NCBI RefSeq assembly: GCF_001735745.1
Contig: NZ_CP017260.1
Span: forward strand, 2,190,001-2,222,000
From: Formosa sp. Hel1_33_131
GTDB lineage: Bacteria > Bacteroidota > Bacteroidia > Flavobacteriales > Flavobacteriaceae
Reading direction: 5' to 3'
DNA length: 32,000 bases
Positions 15,690 through 26,300 of this stretch are shown here, piece by piece. Below the pieces are notes generated by a model that saw nothing but the letters and a program-made list of their open reading frames with translations, was not told the origin of the DNA and made no database searches. Within the stretch, counting starts at the first letter, position 1, and the number at the start of each line of letters is the position of its first letter. A program made the translations under genes and the position numbers.

Positions 15690-16219
15690 ACGGGTTTAGC
15701 TCAGTTGGTATCACGCCTAAGGCGTGACAAAACCAGGGAGTTGAATTTAAAAAGATTGAAAGACTAGAGCATAGTAATTGATGTTAGAGTCGAATACGGG
15801 TTTAGCTCAGTTGGTATCACGCCTAAGGCGTGACAAAACCAGGGAGTTGAATTTGAAAAGATTGAAAGACTAGAGCATAGTAATTGATGTTAGAGTCGAA
15901 TACGGGTTTAGCTCAGTTGGTATCACGCCTAAGGCGTGACAAAACCAGAGAGTTGAATTTGAAAAGATTGAAAGACTAGAGCATAGTAATTGATGTTAGA
16001 GTCGAATACGGGTTTAGCTCAGTTGGTATCACGCCTAAGGCGTGACAAAACCAGAGAGTTGAATTTGAAAAGATTGAAAGACTAGAGCATAGTAATTGAT
16101 GTTAGAGTCGAATACGGGTTTAGCTCAGTTGGTATCACGCCTAAGGCGTGACAAAACCAGAGAGTTGAATTTGAAAAGATTGAAAGACTAGAGCATAGTA
16201 ATTGATGTTAGAGTCGAAT
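15690..16219 (+). repeat. Tandem array of five 106-bp tRNA-Trp-derived pseudo-units
   Basis: Unit starts are at 15690, 15796, 15902, 16008 and 16114, an exact 106-bp period. Units differ at only two positions. Each begins with ACGGGTTTAGCTCAGTTGGTA, identical to nt 1-21 of the adjacent tRNA-Trp gene. Confidence 0.95.
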
Positions 16220-16292
16220 ACGGGTTTAGCTCAGTTGGTAGAGCACTGGTCTCCAAAACCAGGTGTCGGGAGTTCGAGTCTCTCAACCCGTG
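16220..16292 (+). tRNA. tRNA-Trp (anticodon CCA)
   Basis: Acceptor ACGGGTT/AACCCGT with G discriminator, D-arm GCTC-AGTTGGTA-GAGC, anticodon arm CTGGT-CTCCAAA-ACCAG, and T-arm GGGAG-TTCGAGT-CTCTC. Confidence 0.92.
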
Positions 16293-16367
16293 CTAGGTAA
16301 TTGGAGAAGTGAAACAACTTTAGTGAAACCGAATAGTAAGCGTACTCAAATTAAAAAATATAAGACA

Positions 16368-16562
16368 ATGGCAGGTATAGTAGAATATGTAAAAGAATCA
16401 TTTGGAGAACTTAAAAACAATGTAAGTTGGCCAACATGGGCTGAAGGACAAAGTCTAACAGTACTTGTGGCGGTTTTTTCAATTATATTTTCTCTAGCTA
16501 TATGGGGTGTGGATACGGTATTCGCAGGTGTTATTGAAGAATATTTTAACTGGATCAAATAA
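16368..16562 (+). CDS. secE: Preprotein translocase subunit SecE
   Basis: 64 aa from the ATG at 16368 (MAGIVEYVKESFGELKNNVSWPTW...), with one C-terminal TM helix and the conserved position before nusG. The 16263 start in the ORF track lies inside tRNA-Trp and is rejected. Confidence 0.9.
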   Translation: MAGIVEYVKESFGELKNNVSWPTWAEGQSLTVLVAVFSIIFSLAIWGVDTVFAGVIEEYFNWIK

Positions 16563-16570
16563 TACTACTG

Positions 16571-17143
16571 ATGGAAGAGACTAAAGTTGAACAAACTAAA
16601 GTAGAGAAGAAGTGGTATGTTGTTCGTGCAGTAAGTGGACAAGAGAACAAAATCAAAGCCTATATCGAAAATGAAATTTCGCGTTTAGGTTTAGAAGCTT
16701 TTGTAGAGCAAGTTTTAGTGCCTACTGAAAAAGTGATCCAAATTAGAAAAGGTAAAAAAGTTCAAAAAGAAAAAGTATACTTCCCTGGTTATATAATGGT
16801 ACAAGCGAATCTTAGTGGTGAAATTCCTCACATTATAAAGTCAATTACAAACGTGATTGGTTTTTTAGGTGAAACTAAAGGAGGAGAGCCAGTGCCCTTA
16901 CGTCAATCAGAAGTAAACAGAATGTTAGGTAAAGTAGATGAACTGTCATTAGAAGCAGATCAAAACGTTGCCATTCCTTTTGTAAAAGGAGAAACAGTCA
17001 AAGTGATCGACGGTCCATTTAATGGATTTGATGGTACTGTAGAAAACATCAATGAAGAAAAACGCAAGCTTGAAGTCATGGTGAAGATTTTTGGAAGAAA
17101 AACACCATTAGAATTAAGTTATATGCAAGTAGATAAAATTTAA
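16571..17143 (+). CDS. nusG: Transcription termination/antitermination factor NusG
   Basis: 190 aa with an NGN domain (KKWYVVRAVSGQENK) and a C-terminal KOW motif (GETVKVIDGPFNGFDGTV). Confidence 0.95.
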   Translation: MEETKVEQTKVEKKWYVVRAVSGQENKIKAYIENEISRLGLEAFVEQVLVPTEKVIQIRKGKKVQKEKVYFPGYIMVQANLSGEIPHIIKSITNVIGFLGETKGGEPVPLRQSEVNRMLGKVDELSLEADQNVAIPFVKGETVKVIDGPFNGFDGTVENINEEKRKLEVMVKIFGRKTPLELSYMQVDKI

Positions 17144-17218
17144 TAATTGTTACACAAATATTAAGATTCGGGTTTATAGCTTCCAACTTATAATAACGAG
17201 TCACACTAAATTTAAAAA

Positions 17219-17659
17219 ATGGCAAAAGAATTAGGTAAAGTAGTCAAACTACAAGTAAGGGGAGGTGCAGCGAACCCGTCGCCACCGGTCGGACCCGCTT
17301 TAGGTGCTGCTGGAGTTAATATCATGGAGTTCTGTAAGCAATTTAACGCAAGAACTCAAGATAAGCCTGGTAAAGTTTTACCAGTGGTTATTTCTGTTTA
17401 CAAAGACAAATCATTTGACTTTGTAATCAAAACACCTCCAGCTGCAGTACAATTATTAGAAGCGGCCAAAGTAAAAAAAGGTTCTGGCGAACCAAACAGA
17501 AAAAAAGTAGCAAAAGTAACTTGGGATCAAGTAAAAACGATTGCTGAAGACAAAATGGTAGATTTAAATGCATTTACGATTGGGTCTGCTATGAAAATGG
17601 TAGCAGGAACAGCCAGATCAATGGGTATAACTGTTAAAGGTGGTGAAGCACCCAATTAA
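17219..17659 (+). CDS. rplK: 50S ribosomal protein L11
   Basis: 146 aa; [20 protein letters not shown] is the L11 signature. Confidence 0.97.
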   Translation: MAKELGKVVKLQVRGGAANPSPPVGPALGAAGVNIMEFCKQFNARTQDKPGKVLPVVISVYKDKSFDFVIKTPPAAVQLLEAAKVKKGSGEPNRKKVAKVTWDQVKTIAEDKMVDLNAFTIGSAMKMVAGTARSMGITVKGGEAPN

Positions 17660-17674
17660 TCAAAATTATTTGAA

Positions 17675-18367
17675 ATGGCAAGATTAACAAAAAAGCAAAA
17701 GGAAGCAGTTGCTAAAATTGATAAGAGTAAAATCTACAGTCTTCAAGAGGCTTCAGTTTTAGTAAAAGACATTACAAACACAAAGTTTGATGCATCTGTT
17801 GATTTAGCAATTCGTTTAGGAGTAGACCCTCGAAAAGCTAATCAAATGGTAAGAGGGATTGTATCTCTTCCGCATGGAACTGGTAAAGATATGAAAGTAC
17901 TTGCATTAGTAACTCCTGATAAAGCTCAGGAAGCTAAAGATGCTGGTGCAGATTACGTTGGTTTAGAAGAATACCTTGACAAAATCAAAGGTGGTTGGAC
18001 AGACGTTGACGTCATCATCACAATGCCAAGTGTTATGGGTAAATTAGGACCATTAGGTCGTGTATTAGGCCCCCGTGGTTTAATGCCTAACCCAAAGACA
18101 GGAACTGTAACAATGGACGTTGCTAAAGCAGTAACAGAAGTGAAAGCAGGAAAAATAGATTTCAAAGTTGATAAGACTGGAATTGTACATGCAGCTATAG
18201 GAAAAACATCTTTTTCTGCAGACAAAATTCAAGACAATGCTCAAGAGCTATTAACAACTATCATGAAGTTAAAACCAACATCATCAAAGGGGATTTATGT
18301 GAAAAGCATATTTATGTCGAGTACTATGAGCCCTAGTATTGCTGTGGATTCAAAAGTGAGTAGTTAA
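17675..18367 (+). CDS. rplA: 50S ribosomal protein L1
   Basis: 230 aa; [19 protein letters not shown] and [15 protein letters not shown] are L1 motifs. Confidence 0.97.
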   Translation: MARLTKKQKEAVAKIDKSKIYSLQEASVLVKDITNTKFDASVDLAIRLGVDPRKANQMVRGIVSLPHGTGKDMKVLALVTPDKAQEAKDAGADYVGLEEYLDKIKGGWTDVDVIITMPSVMGKLGPLGRVLGPRGLMPNPKTGTVTMDVAKAVTEVKAGKIDFKVDKTGIVHAAIGKTSFSADKIQDNAQELLTTIMKLKPTSSKGIYVKSIFMSSTMSPSIAVDSKVSS

Positions 18368-18378
18368 ACAATTTTATT

Positions 18379-18900
18379 ATGACAAGAGAAGAAAAATCAA
18401 AAGTAATCGAAGCGTTGACTGTAGAATTAGCTGAGAATTCAAATTTATATTTAACAGATATTTCAGGTTTAAACGCAGTAGCTACTTCAGCCTTACGACG
18501 TGCTTGCTTTAAAGCAAACATTAAGTTAGCAGTAGTAAAGAACACCTTGCTTGAAAAAGCGATGGAAGCTTCAGATAAAGATTTCGGAGATTTACCTAGT
18601 ACGTTAAAAGGTAATACCTCAGTTATGTATTCTGAAACTGGAAATGCACCAGCAAAAGTAATCAAAGCTTTTAGAAAAAAATCGGAAAAGCCGTTCCTTA
18701 AAGGAGCCTTTATCGAACAAGCGGTTTACATTGGTGATGATCAATTGGATATGTTAGTTGACATTAAGTCTAAAGAAGAACTTATTGGAGACATCATTGG
18801 ATTATTACAATCGCCTGCTAAGAACGTTGTTTCAGCACTTCAATCAAGTGGTGGCAAATTATCAGGTATCCTAAAAACATTATCTCAGAAAGAGGGATAA
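18379..18900 (+). CDS. rplJ: 50S ribosomal protein L10
   Basis: 173 aa in the conserved position between rplA and rplL, with an L10-like N-terminal domain. Confidence 0.92.
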   Translation: MTREEKSKVIEALTVELAENSNLYLTDISGLNAVATSALRRACFKANIKLAVVKNTLLEKAMEASDKDFGDLPSTLKGNTSVMYSETGNAPAKVIKAFRKKSEKPFLKGAFIEQAVYIGDDQLDMLVDIKSKEELIGDIIGLLQSPAKNVVSALQSSGGKLSGILKTLSQKEG

Positions 18901-18965
18901 TCAAAAAGAGTACGCACTTTTTACAATTATATATTATATTAAAAATTTATTAAAACGATAGAAAA

Positions 18966-19340
18966 ATGGCAGATTTAAAAGATTTCGCAGAACAATTAGT
19001 AAACTTAACAGTAAAAGAAGTTAACGAACTAGCAACAATTTTAAAAGAAGAGTACGGTATCGAACCTGCAGCCGCAGCTGTAGCAGTCGCTGCTGGACCC
19101 GCTGGTGGTGGAGAAGCTGCTGAGGCGCAAACAGAATTCGATGTAATTCTTAAAGCCGCAGGTGGATCTAAATTAGCAGTAGTTAAATTAGTTAAAGAAT
19201 TAACTGGTTTAGGTTTAAAAGAAGCTAAAGGATTAGTTGATGACGCACCAAGCGCTATCAAAGAAGGTGTTTCTAAAGACGAAGCTGAAGGCTTAAAAAC
19301 TTCTTTAGAAGAAGCTGGAGCAGAGGTTGAGCTTAAGTAA
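18966..19340 (+). CDS. rplL: 50S ribosomal protein L7/L12
   Basis: 124 aa with an Ala/Gly-rich hinge and a C-terminal domain containing [24 protein letters not shown]. Confidence 0.97.
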   Translation: MADLKDFAEQLVNLTVKEVNELATILKEEYGIEPAAAAVAVAAGPAGGGEAAEAQTEFDVILKAAGGSKLAVVKLVKELTGLGLKEAKGLVDDAPSAIKEGVSKDEAEGLKTSLEEAGAEVELK

Positions 19341-19364
19341 GCTTACCACTTAATTCCATACATT

Positions 19365-19412
19365 GGTTTAGGTCCTAGAGTCATACACTCTATGACCTAA
19401 ACCCTTTTGTGT
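19365..19412 (+). terminator. rplL-rpoB intergenic attenuator / partial terminator hairpin
   Basis: GGTTTAGGTC (19365-19374) pairs with GACCTAAACC (19394-19403). An inner stem TAGAGT/ACTCTA has a 5-nt loop. CTTTTGTGT follows. Confidence 0.6.
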
Positions 19413-19467
19413 ATAATTTATGTACACACATAAATATTTATTTTTTTAATCAATAATTCGTCCATCG

Positions 19468-22400
19468 ATGTTAGCAAAAAAAGCTGAAAGATTAAATTTC
19501 TCGTCTATTAAAAATAGAACAGAGTATCCTGATTTCTTGGATATTCAGATAAAATCCTTCCAGGATTTTTTCCAGTTAGAGACAAAATCAGAAGAAAGAG
19601 GAGATGAAGGGTTGTACAACACCTTCATGGAAAATTTTCCAATCACTGATACACGTAACCAGTTTGTATTAGAATTTTTGGATTATTTCATCGACCCACC
19701 AAGATACTCACTAGAAGAATGTATCGAAAGAGGTCTTACATATAGTGTGCCTTTAAAAGCACGTTTAAAATTATTCTGTACAGACCCTGAACATGAAGAT
19801 TTTGAAACTATAGTACAAGATGTTTACCTTGGTACAATTCCTTATATGACGCCAAGTGGTACTTTTTGTATCAATGGTGCAGAACGTGTGGTAGTGTCAC
19901 AACTTCACCGATCGCCAGGTGTTTTCTTTGGTCAATCTTTTCATGCTAACGGTACAAAATTATACTCAGCTAGAGTCATTCCTTTCAAAGGATCTTGGAT
20001 TGAATTTGCGACCGATATCAACAGCGTTATGTACGCTTATATCGATAGAAAGAAAAAATTACCTGTAACCACTCTTTTCAGAGCCATTGGTTTCGAAAGA
20101 GATAAAGATATTCTTGAAATTTTTGACCTTGCAGAAGAAATCAAAGTTTCAAAATCAGGATTAAAAAAAGTACAAGGACGTAAGCTTGCGGCACGTGTAT
20201 TAAATACATGGCATGAAGATTTTGTGGATGAAGATACGGGTGAAGTTGTTTCTATTGAAAGAAACGAAATCATACTTGATCGTGATACCATCCTTGATAA
20301 AGATAACATAGAAGAAATTCTAGAAACGGCTGCAAAAACAGTTCTTTTACACAAAGAAAGTGCACAGCAAGGTGATTATGCAATTATCCATAACACACTT
20401 CAAAAAGATCCAACCAACTCTGAAAAAGAAGCGGTTGAACATATTTATAGACAATTACGTAATGCTGAGCCGCCTGATGAAGAAACGGCGCGTGGTATTA
20501 TCGACAAATTATTCTTTAGTGACCAACGTTACAACTTAGGTGAAGTAGGTCGTTATAGAATGAATAAAAAATTAGGTCTTGATATTGGAATGGACAAGCA
20601 AGTGCTTACCAAAGAAGATATCATTACCATCATTAAATACTTAATTGAGTTAATCAACTCTAAAGCTGAAATTGATGATATTGATCACTTATCTAACCGT
20701 CGTGTTAGAACTGTTGGTGAGCAATTATCATCTCAATTTGGTGTTGGTTTAGCGCGTATGGCAAGAACCATTCGTGAGCGTATGAATGTACGTGACAATG
20801 AAGTATTTACTCCGATTGACTTGATTAATGCGAAAACATTATCATCAGTCATCAACTCCTTTTTTGGAACCAATCAGCTGTCTCAATTTATGGATCAAAC
20901 CAACCCACTTGCAGAAATTACGCACAAGCGTCGTTTGTCTGCGCTAGGGCCCGGTGGTTTATCAAGAGAGCGTGCAGGTTTCGAAGTTCGAGATGTGCAC
21001 TACACACACTACGGACGTTTATGTCCAATTGAAACTCCTGAAGGACCAAACATTGGTTTGATTTCTTCTCTTTCTGTATTTGCAAAAGTGAATTCAATGG
21101 GATTCATTGAAACGCCTTACAGAAAAGTTGAAAATTCAGTTGTAGATATTAAAGGAACTCCTATATATTTAAGTGCTGAAGAAGAGGAAAATCAAATGAT
21201 TGCGCAGGCAAGTATTCCTGTAGATGAAAATGGTAAAATTACTTCTGAAAAAGTAATTGCACGTCAAGAAGGTGATTTCCCAGTGATCGATCCCTCTCAA
21301 GTAAATTATACGGATGTTGCACCAAACCAAATTTCGTCAATCTCTGCGTCGTTAATTCCTTTCTTGGAACATGATGATGCCAACCGTGCATTGATGGGAT
21401 CTAACATGATGCGTCAAGCTGTACCATTATTAAGACCACAAGCTCCTATTGTTGGAACTGGATTGGAACGTCAAGTAGCGTCCGATTCTAGAGTCTTGGT
21501 AAATGCTGCAGGTTCTGGTGTTGTGAAGTATGTAGATGCAAACAAGATCACAATTAAATATGACAGAACAGATGAAGAATCATTAGTTAGTTTTGATTCA
21601 AACATTGTTACATATCCATTAACTAAGTTTAGAAAAACCAATCAAGGAACGTCTGTAAACCTTAAAGCCATTGTTAAAAAGGGTGATAAAGTTAAAAAAG
21701 GACAAGTTCTTACTGAAGGGTATGCGACTCAAAACGGGGAGCTTGCACTAGGTAGAAACATGAAGGTTGCTTTTATGCCTTGGAAAGGGTACAACTTTGA
21801 GGATGCAATTGTAATATCTGAACAAGTGGTTAGAAATGATGTATTCACATCGATTCATATTGACGAGTATTCTCTTGAAGTAAGAGATACAAAACTTGGT
21901 AATGAAGAACTCACAAACGACATTCCTAATGTTTCTGAAGAGGCGACTAAAGACCTCGATGAAAATGGAATGATACGTATTGGAGCTGAAATCAAACCAG
22001 GAGATATCCTTATCGGAAAAATTACTCCTAAAGGGGAATCAGACCCTACACCAGAAGAAAAATTATTAAGAGCTATTTTTGGAGATAAAGCAGGCGATGT
22101 AAAAGATGCATCACTTAAAGCGTCTCCATCACTTCACGGAGTTGTTATTGAGAAAAAATTATTCTCAAGAGCAGTTAAAGACAAACGGAAACGTGCTCAG
22201 GATAAAGAAGATATTTCTAAATTGGAAGATCAGTACGATACTAAATTTGACGATTTACAGTCTGTTTTAGTTGAAAAACTCTTTAGTATTGTTGGTGGAA
22301 AAACAGCGCAAGGTATTTCAAATGACCTTGGAGAAGATGTATTCCCTAAAGGAAAGAAATTTACACTTAAGATGTTAAATGCCGTTGATGATTATGCGCA

Positions 22401-23280
22401 TTTAGTTTCAGGTAAATGGACAACTGATGCTACTAACAATAAGTTAGTTTCAGAATTGATTCATAATTATAAAATTAAAGAAAATGACCTTCAAGGTGGT
22501 TTAAGACGTGAGAAGTTTACAATCTCTGTAGGAGATGAACTTCCAGCGGGTATCATCAAACTTGCGAAAGTTTACATTGCTAAAAAACGTAAACTTAAAG
22601 TAGGTGATAAAATGGCGGGTCGTCACGGAAATAAAGGTATTGTTGCACGTATTGTACGTCAAGAAGATATGCCATTCCTTGAAGACGGAACTCCAGTAGA
22701 TATCGTACTAAACCCACTTGGTGTACCATCGCGTATGAATATTGGGCAAATTTATGAGACTGTTTTAGGATGGGCTGGACAAGATTTAGGAAGAACGTAT
22801 GCCACTCCAATTTTTGATGGGGCTACATTGGATCAAATCAATGAGCTTACAGACGAAGCAGGAATTCCAAGATTTGGACATACATACTTATACGATGGTG
22901 GAACAGGAGATCGTTTTGATCAAGCTGCAACCGTTGGAGTTATCTATATGTTAAAGTTAGGACATATGGTTGACGATAAGATGCACGCACGTTCTATTGG
23001 ACCGTACTCTCTTATTACACAACAACCATTAGGTGGTAAAGCACAATTTGGTGGTCAGCGTTTTGGAGAAATGGAAGTTTGGGCATTAGAGGCTTATGGA
23101 GCATCTAGCACGCTTAGAGAAATCCTTACCGTGAAGTCGGATGATGTTATTGGACGCGCCAAAACATACGAAGCGATCGTTAAAGGAGAACCAATGCCGG
23201 AACCGGGATTACCAGAATCATTCAACGTATTAATGCACGAATTGAAAGGTTTAGGACTAGACATAAGATTAGAAGAATAA
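19468..23280 (+). CDS. rpoB: DNA-directed RNA polymerase subunit beta
   Basis: 1270 aa with conserved beta-subunit blocks such as [16 protein letters not shown]-like [12 protein letters not shown], and [18 protein letters not shown]. Confidence 0.98.
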   Translation: MLAKKAERLNFSSIKNRTEYPDFLDIQIKSFQDFFQLETKSEERGDEGLYNTFMENFPITDTRNQFVLEFLDYFIDPPRYSLEECIERGLTYSVPLKARLKLFCTDPEHEDFETIVQDVYLGTIPYMTPSGTFCINGAERVVVSQLHRSPGVFFGQSFHANGTKLYSARVIPFKGSWIEFATDINSVMYAYIDRKKKLPVTTLFRAIGFERDKDILEIFDLAEEIKVSKSGLKKVQGRKLAARVLNTWHEDFVDEDTGEVVSIERNEIILDRDTILDKDNIEEILETAAKTVLLHKESAQQGDYAIIHNTLQKDPTNSEKEAVEHIYRQLRNAEPPDEETARGIIDKLFFSDQRYNLGEVGRYRMNKKLGLDIGMDKQVLTKEDIITIIKYLIELINSKAEIDDIDHLSNRRVRTVGEQLSSQFGVGLARMARTIRERMNVRDNEVFTPIDLINAKTLSSVINSFFGTNQLSQFMDQTNPLAEITHKRRLSALGPGGLSRERAGFEVRDVHYTHYGRLCPIETPEGPNIGLISSLSVFAKVNSMGFIETPYRKVENSVVDIKGTPIYLSAEEEENQMIAQASIPVDENGKITSEKVIARQEGDFPVIDPSQVNYTDVAPNQISSISASLIPFLEHDDANRALMGSNMMRQAVPLLRPQAPIVGTGLERQVASDSRVLVNAAGSGVVKYVDANKITIKYDRTDEESLVSFDSNIVTYPLTKFRKTNQGTSVNLKAIVKKGDKVKKGQVLTEGYATQNGELALGRNMKVAFMPWKGYNFEDAIVISEQVVRNDVFTSIHIDEYSLEVRDTKLGNEELTNDIPNVSEEATKDLDENGMIRIGAEIKPGDILIGKITPKGESDPTPEEKLLRAIFGDKAGDVKDASLKASPSLHGVVIEKKLFSRAVKDKRKRAQDKEDISKLEDQYDTKFDDLQSVLVEKLFSIVGGKTAQGISNDLGEDVFPKGKKFTLKMLNAVDDYAHLVSGKWTTDATNNKLVSELIHNYKIKENDLQGGLRREKFTISVGDELPAGIIKLAKVYIAKKRKLKVGDKMAGRHGNKGIVARIVRQEDMPFLEDGTPVDIVLNPLGVPSRMNIGQIYETVLGWAGQDLGRTYATPIFDGATLDQINELTDEAGIPRFGHTYLYDGGTGDRFDQAATVGVIYMLKLGHMVDDKMHARSIGPYSLITQQPLGGKAQFGGQRFGEMEVWALEAYGASSTLREILTVKSDDVIGRAKTYEAIVKGEPMPEPGLPESFNVLMHELKGLGLDIRLEE

Positions 23281-23312
23281 TAGAATTTAATTCATTATCA
23301 TAACCATATATT

Positions 23313-26300
23313 ATGGCAAAAAAGCAAGATAATATTACAGTACAGAGATTTAATAAAATCTCAATTGGTTTAGCCTCTCCAGAGTCGATCTTAGGAGCGT
23401 CTCGTGGTGAAGTTCTTAAACCAGAAACAATTAACTACAGAACCCACAAACCTGAACGGGATGGTTTATTTTGTGAGCGTATTTTTGGCCCTGTAAAGGA
23501 CTACGAATGTGCTTGTGGAAAATACAAACGTATCCGTTATAAAGGAATTATTTGTGATCGTTGTGGGGTAGAAGTTACCGAAAAGAAAGTGCGTAGAGAT
23601 CGTGTGGGACATATCAACCTTGTGGTGCCTGTAGCACACATCTGGTATTTCCGTTCTTTACCAAACAAAATAGGTTACTTACTTGGATTACCATCTAAGC
23701 AATTAGATATGATCATCTATTACGAACGTTATGTCGTAATTCAACCAGGTAATGCCGTGAACGCTGAAGGAGAACCCGTTAAAAAAATGGATTTCCTTAC
23801 AGAAGAAGAATACTTAAATATTCTTGAAGTTCAACCGCAAGAAAATCAATACTTAGACGATACAGACCCTACTAAATTTATTGCCAAAATGGGAGCTGAA
23901 TGTTTAATCGACCTTTTATCAAGAATTGATCTTGATACTTTGTCTTTTGAATTGCGTCATAAAGCCAATACAGAGACTTCTAAACAACGTAAAACGGAAG
24001 CGTTAAAGCGTTTGCAAGTTGTAGAATCTTTGAGAGAATCGAACTTAAATCGCGAGAACAAACCGGAGTGGATGATTATGAAAGCCATCCCAGTAATTCC
24101 ACCAGAATTACGTCCATTAGTTCCTTTAGATGGAGGTCGTTTTGCAACTTCTGATTTAAATGATTTATACCGTCGTGTCATCATCCGTAACAACCGTTTG
24201 AAACGATTGGTTGAAATCAAAGCTCCTGAAGTCATTTTACGTAATGAAAAACGTATGCTTCAAGAATCGGTAGATTCATTGTTTGATAATACACGTAAAT
24301 CATCTGCTGTAAAAACAGATTCTAACCGTCCTTTAAAATCACTTTCAGATTCATTGAAAGGGAAGCAAGGTCGTTTCCGTCAAAATTTACTTGGAAAACG
24401 TGTGGATTATTCAGCACGTTCGGTAATTGTTGTTGGACCAGAATTAAAATTATTTGAATGTGGACTGCCAAAAAATATGGCAGCTGAATTATACAAGCCT
24501 TTTGTAATTAGAAAATTAATTGAAAGAGGAATTGTTAAAACGGTTAAATCTGCAAAGAAAATCATAGACAAAAGAGAGCCTGTAGTTTGGGATATATTGG
24601 AAAATGTTTTAAAAGGACATCCAGTATTGCTAAACCGTGCGCCTACCTTACACCGTTTAGGAATCCAAGCATTTCAACCAAAACTGATTGAAGGAAAAGC
24701 AATCCAATTACACCCATTAGTATGTACGGCCTTTAATGCCGATTTTGATGGAGATCAAATGGCAGTGCATTTACCACTTGGACCCGAAGCAATCTTAGAA
24801 GCACAACTTTTAATGTTAGCGTCTCATAATATTTTGAATCCAGCAAATGGTGCACCAGTAACTGTTCCTTCACAGGATATGGTATTGGGTCTGTATTATA
24901 TGACCAAGTTACGTATGTCAACTCCTGAAGTTCCAGTTTTAGGACAAGGCTTAACGTTCTACTCCCCTGAAGAAGTGATCATTGCTTACAACGAAAAACG
25001 TGTTGATTTGAATGCGCAAATTCGTGTAAGAACCATTGACTTTAACGAAGAAGGTGAATTAACCACTCAAATTATTGAAACAACCACAGGTCGTGTACTT
25101 TTCAACGAAAAAGTACCCGCTGCGGCAGGATATATCAATGAGGTTTTAACAAAAAAATCTTTAAGAGATATTATCCATGATATTTTAAAAGCAACGTCTG
25201 TTCCTGAAACAGCGGCATTCCTTGATGAAATTAAATCGTTAGGATACAATTTCGCATTCAAAGGTGGATTGTCATTCAGTTTAGGAGATATTATTATCCC
25301 GCCAGAAAAACATACCATGATTGCTGCAGCTAACAAGCAAGTGGACGGTATTATGGCAAACTATAATATGGGACTGATTACCAATAACGAACGTTACAAT
25401 CAAGTTATTGACATCTGGACCTCTACCAATGCTGAATTAACTGAACTCTCCATGAAGCGTATTAGAGAAGACCAACAAGGGTTCAACTCTGTATATATGA
25501 TGCTTGATTCTGGAGCAAGGGGATCGAAAGAACAAATTCGTCAGTTAACTGGTATGCGTGGATTGATGGCAAAGCCTAAAAAATCCAATGCCGGTGGTGG
25601 TGAAATTATTGAAAATCCAATTCTTTCTAACTTTAAGGAAGGACTTTCAATTCTTGAATACTTTATCTCTACACACGGGGCTCGTAAAGGTCTTGCCGAT
25701 ACGGCATTAAAAACAGCAGATGCTGGTTACTTGACACGTCGTTTAGTAGATGTATCTCAAGATGTGATTGTCAACTCTGTTGACTGTGGTACACTTAGAG
25801 GTATTTCAGTAAAAGCGTTAAAGAAAAACGAAGAAATCGTTGAAACTCTTGAAGAAAGAATCGTTGGACGTACGTCATTAAATGATGTCTATGACCCACT
25901 CACAGAAGAAATTCTAGTAGCGGCAGGAGATCATATTTATGAAGCTCAAGCGAAAAAAATCCAACAGTCTCCTTTAGAAGCTGTCGATGTTCGTTCACCA
26001 TTAACATGTGAAGCTAAAACCGGAATTTGTGCGAAGTGTTACGGACGTAACCTAGCAACAGGTAAAATGGTTCAGCGAGGTGAAGCTGTAGGCGTTGTGG
26101 CAGCACAATCTATTGGAGAACCAGGAACACAGTTAACATTGCGTACGTTCCACGTTGGAGGTATTGCAGGTAACATTTCTGAAGAAAATAAATTAATCGT
26201 CAAATTTGATGGGATTGCAGAAATTGAAGATCTTAAAACTGTAAAAGGTAAAGACAAGGATGGAAACGTAATTGACATCGTGATATCTAGAACCTCTGAA

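Noticed and set aside
15742-15749. Promoter inside each array unit (TGAATTTG or TGAATTTA resembling the -7 box TAnnTTTG)
   Set aside because: The highly conserved A at box position 2 is G. Unit 1 also loses the final G. No TTG lies at the expected ~19-nt spacing, the nearest being 34 nt away.
15690-16219. CRISPR array interpretation of the 106-bp periodic region
   Set aside because: The entire 106-bp unit repeats with only two variable positions. There are no unique spacers between short repeats, and no cas genes lie nearby.
15690-16219. Repeat-encoded peptide or tandem-repeat protein
   Set aside because: The 106-bp period is not divisible by 3, and every frame on both strands has TAA/TAG/TGA stops within each unit.
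16263-16367. N-terminal extension of secE given in the ORF track (start at 16263)
   Set aside because: The extension starts inside tRNA-Trp at a non-ATG codon. The conserved SecE sequence begins at the ATG at 16368 (MAGIVEYVKE...).
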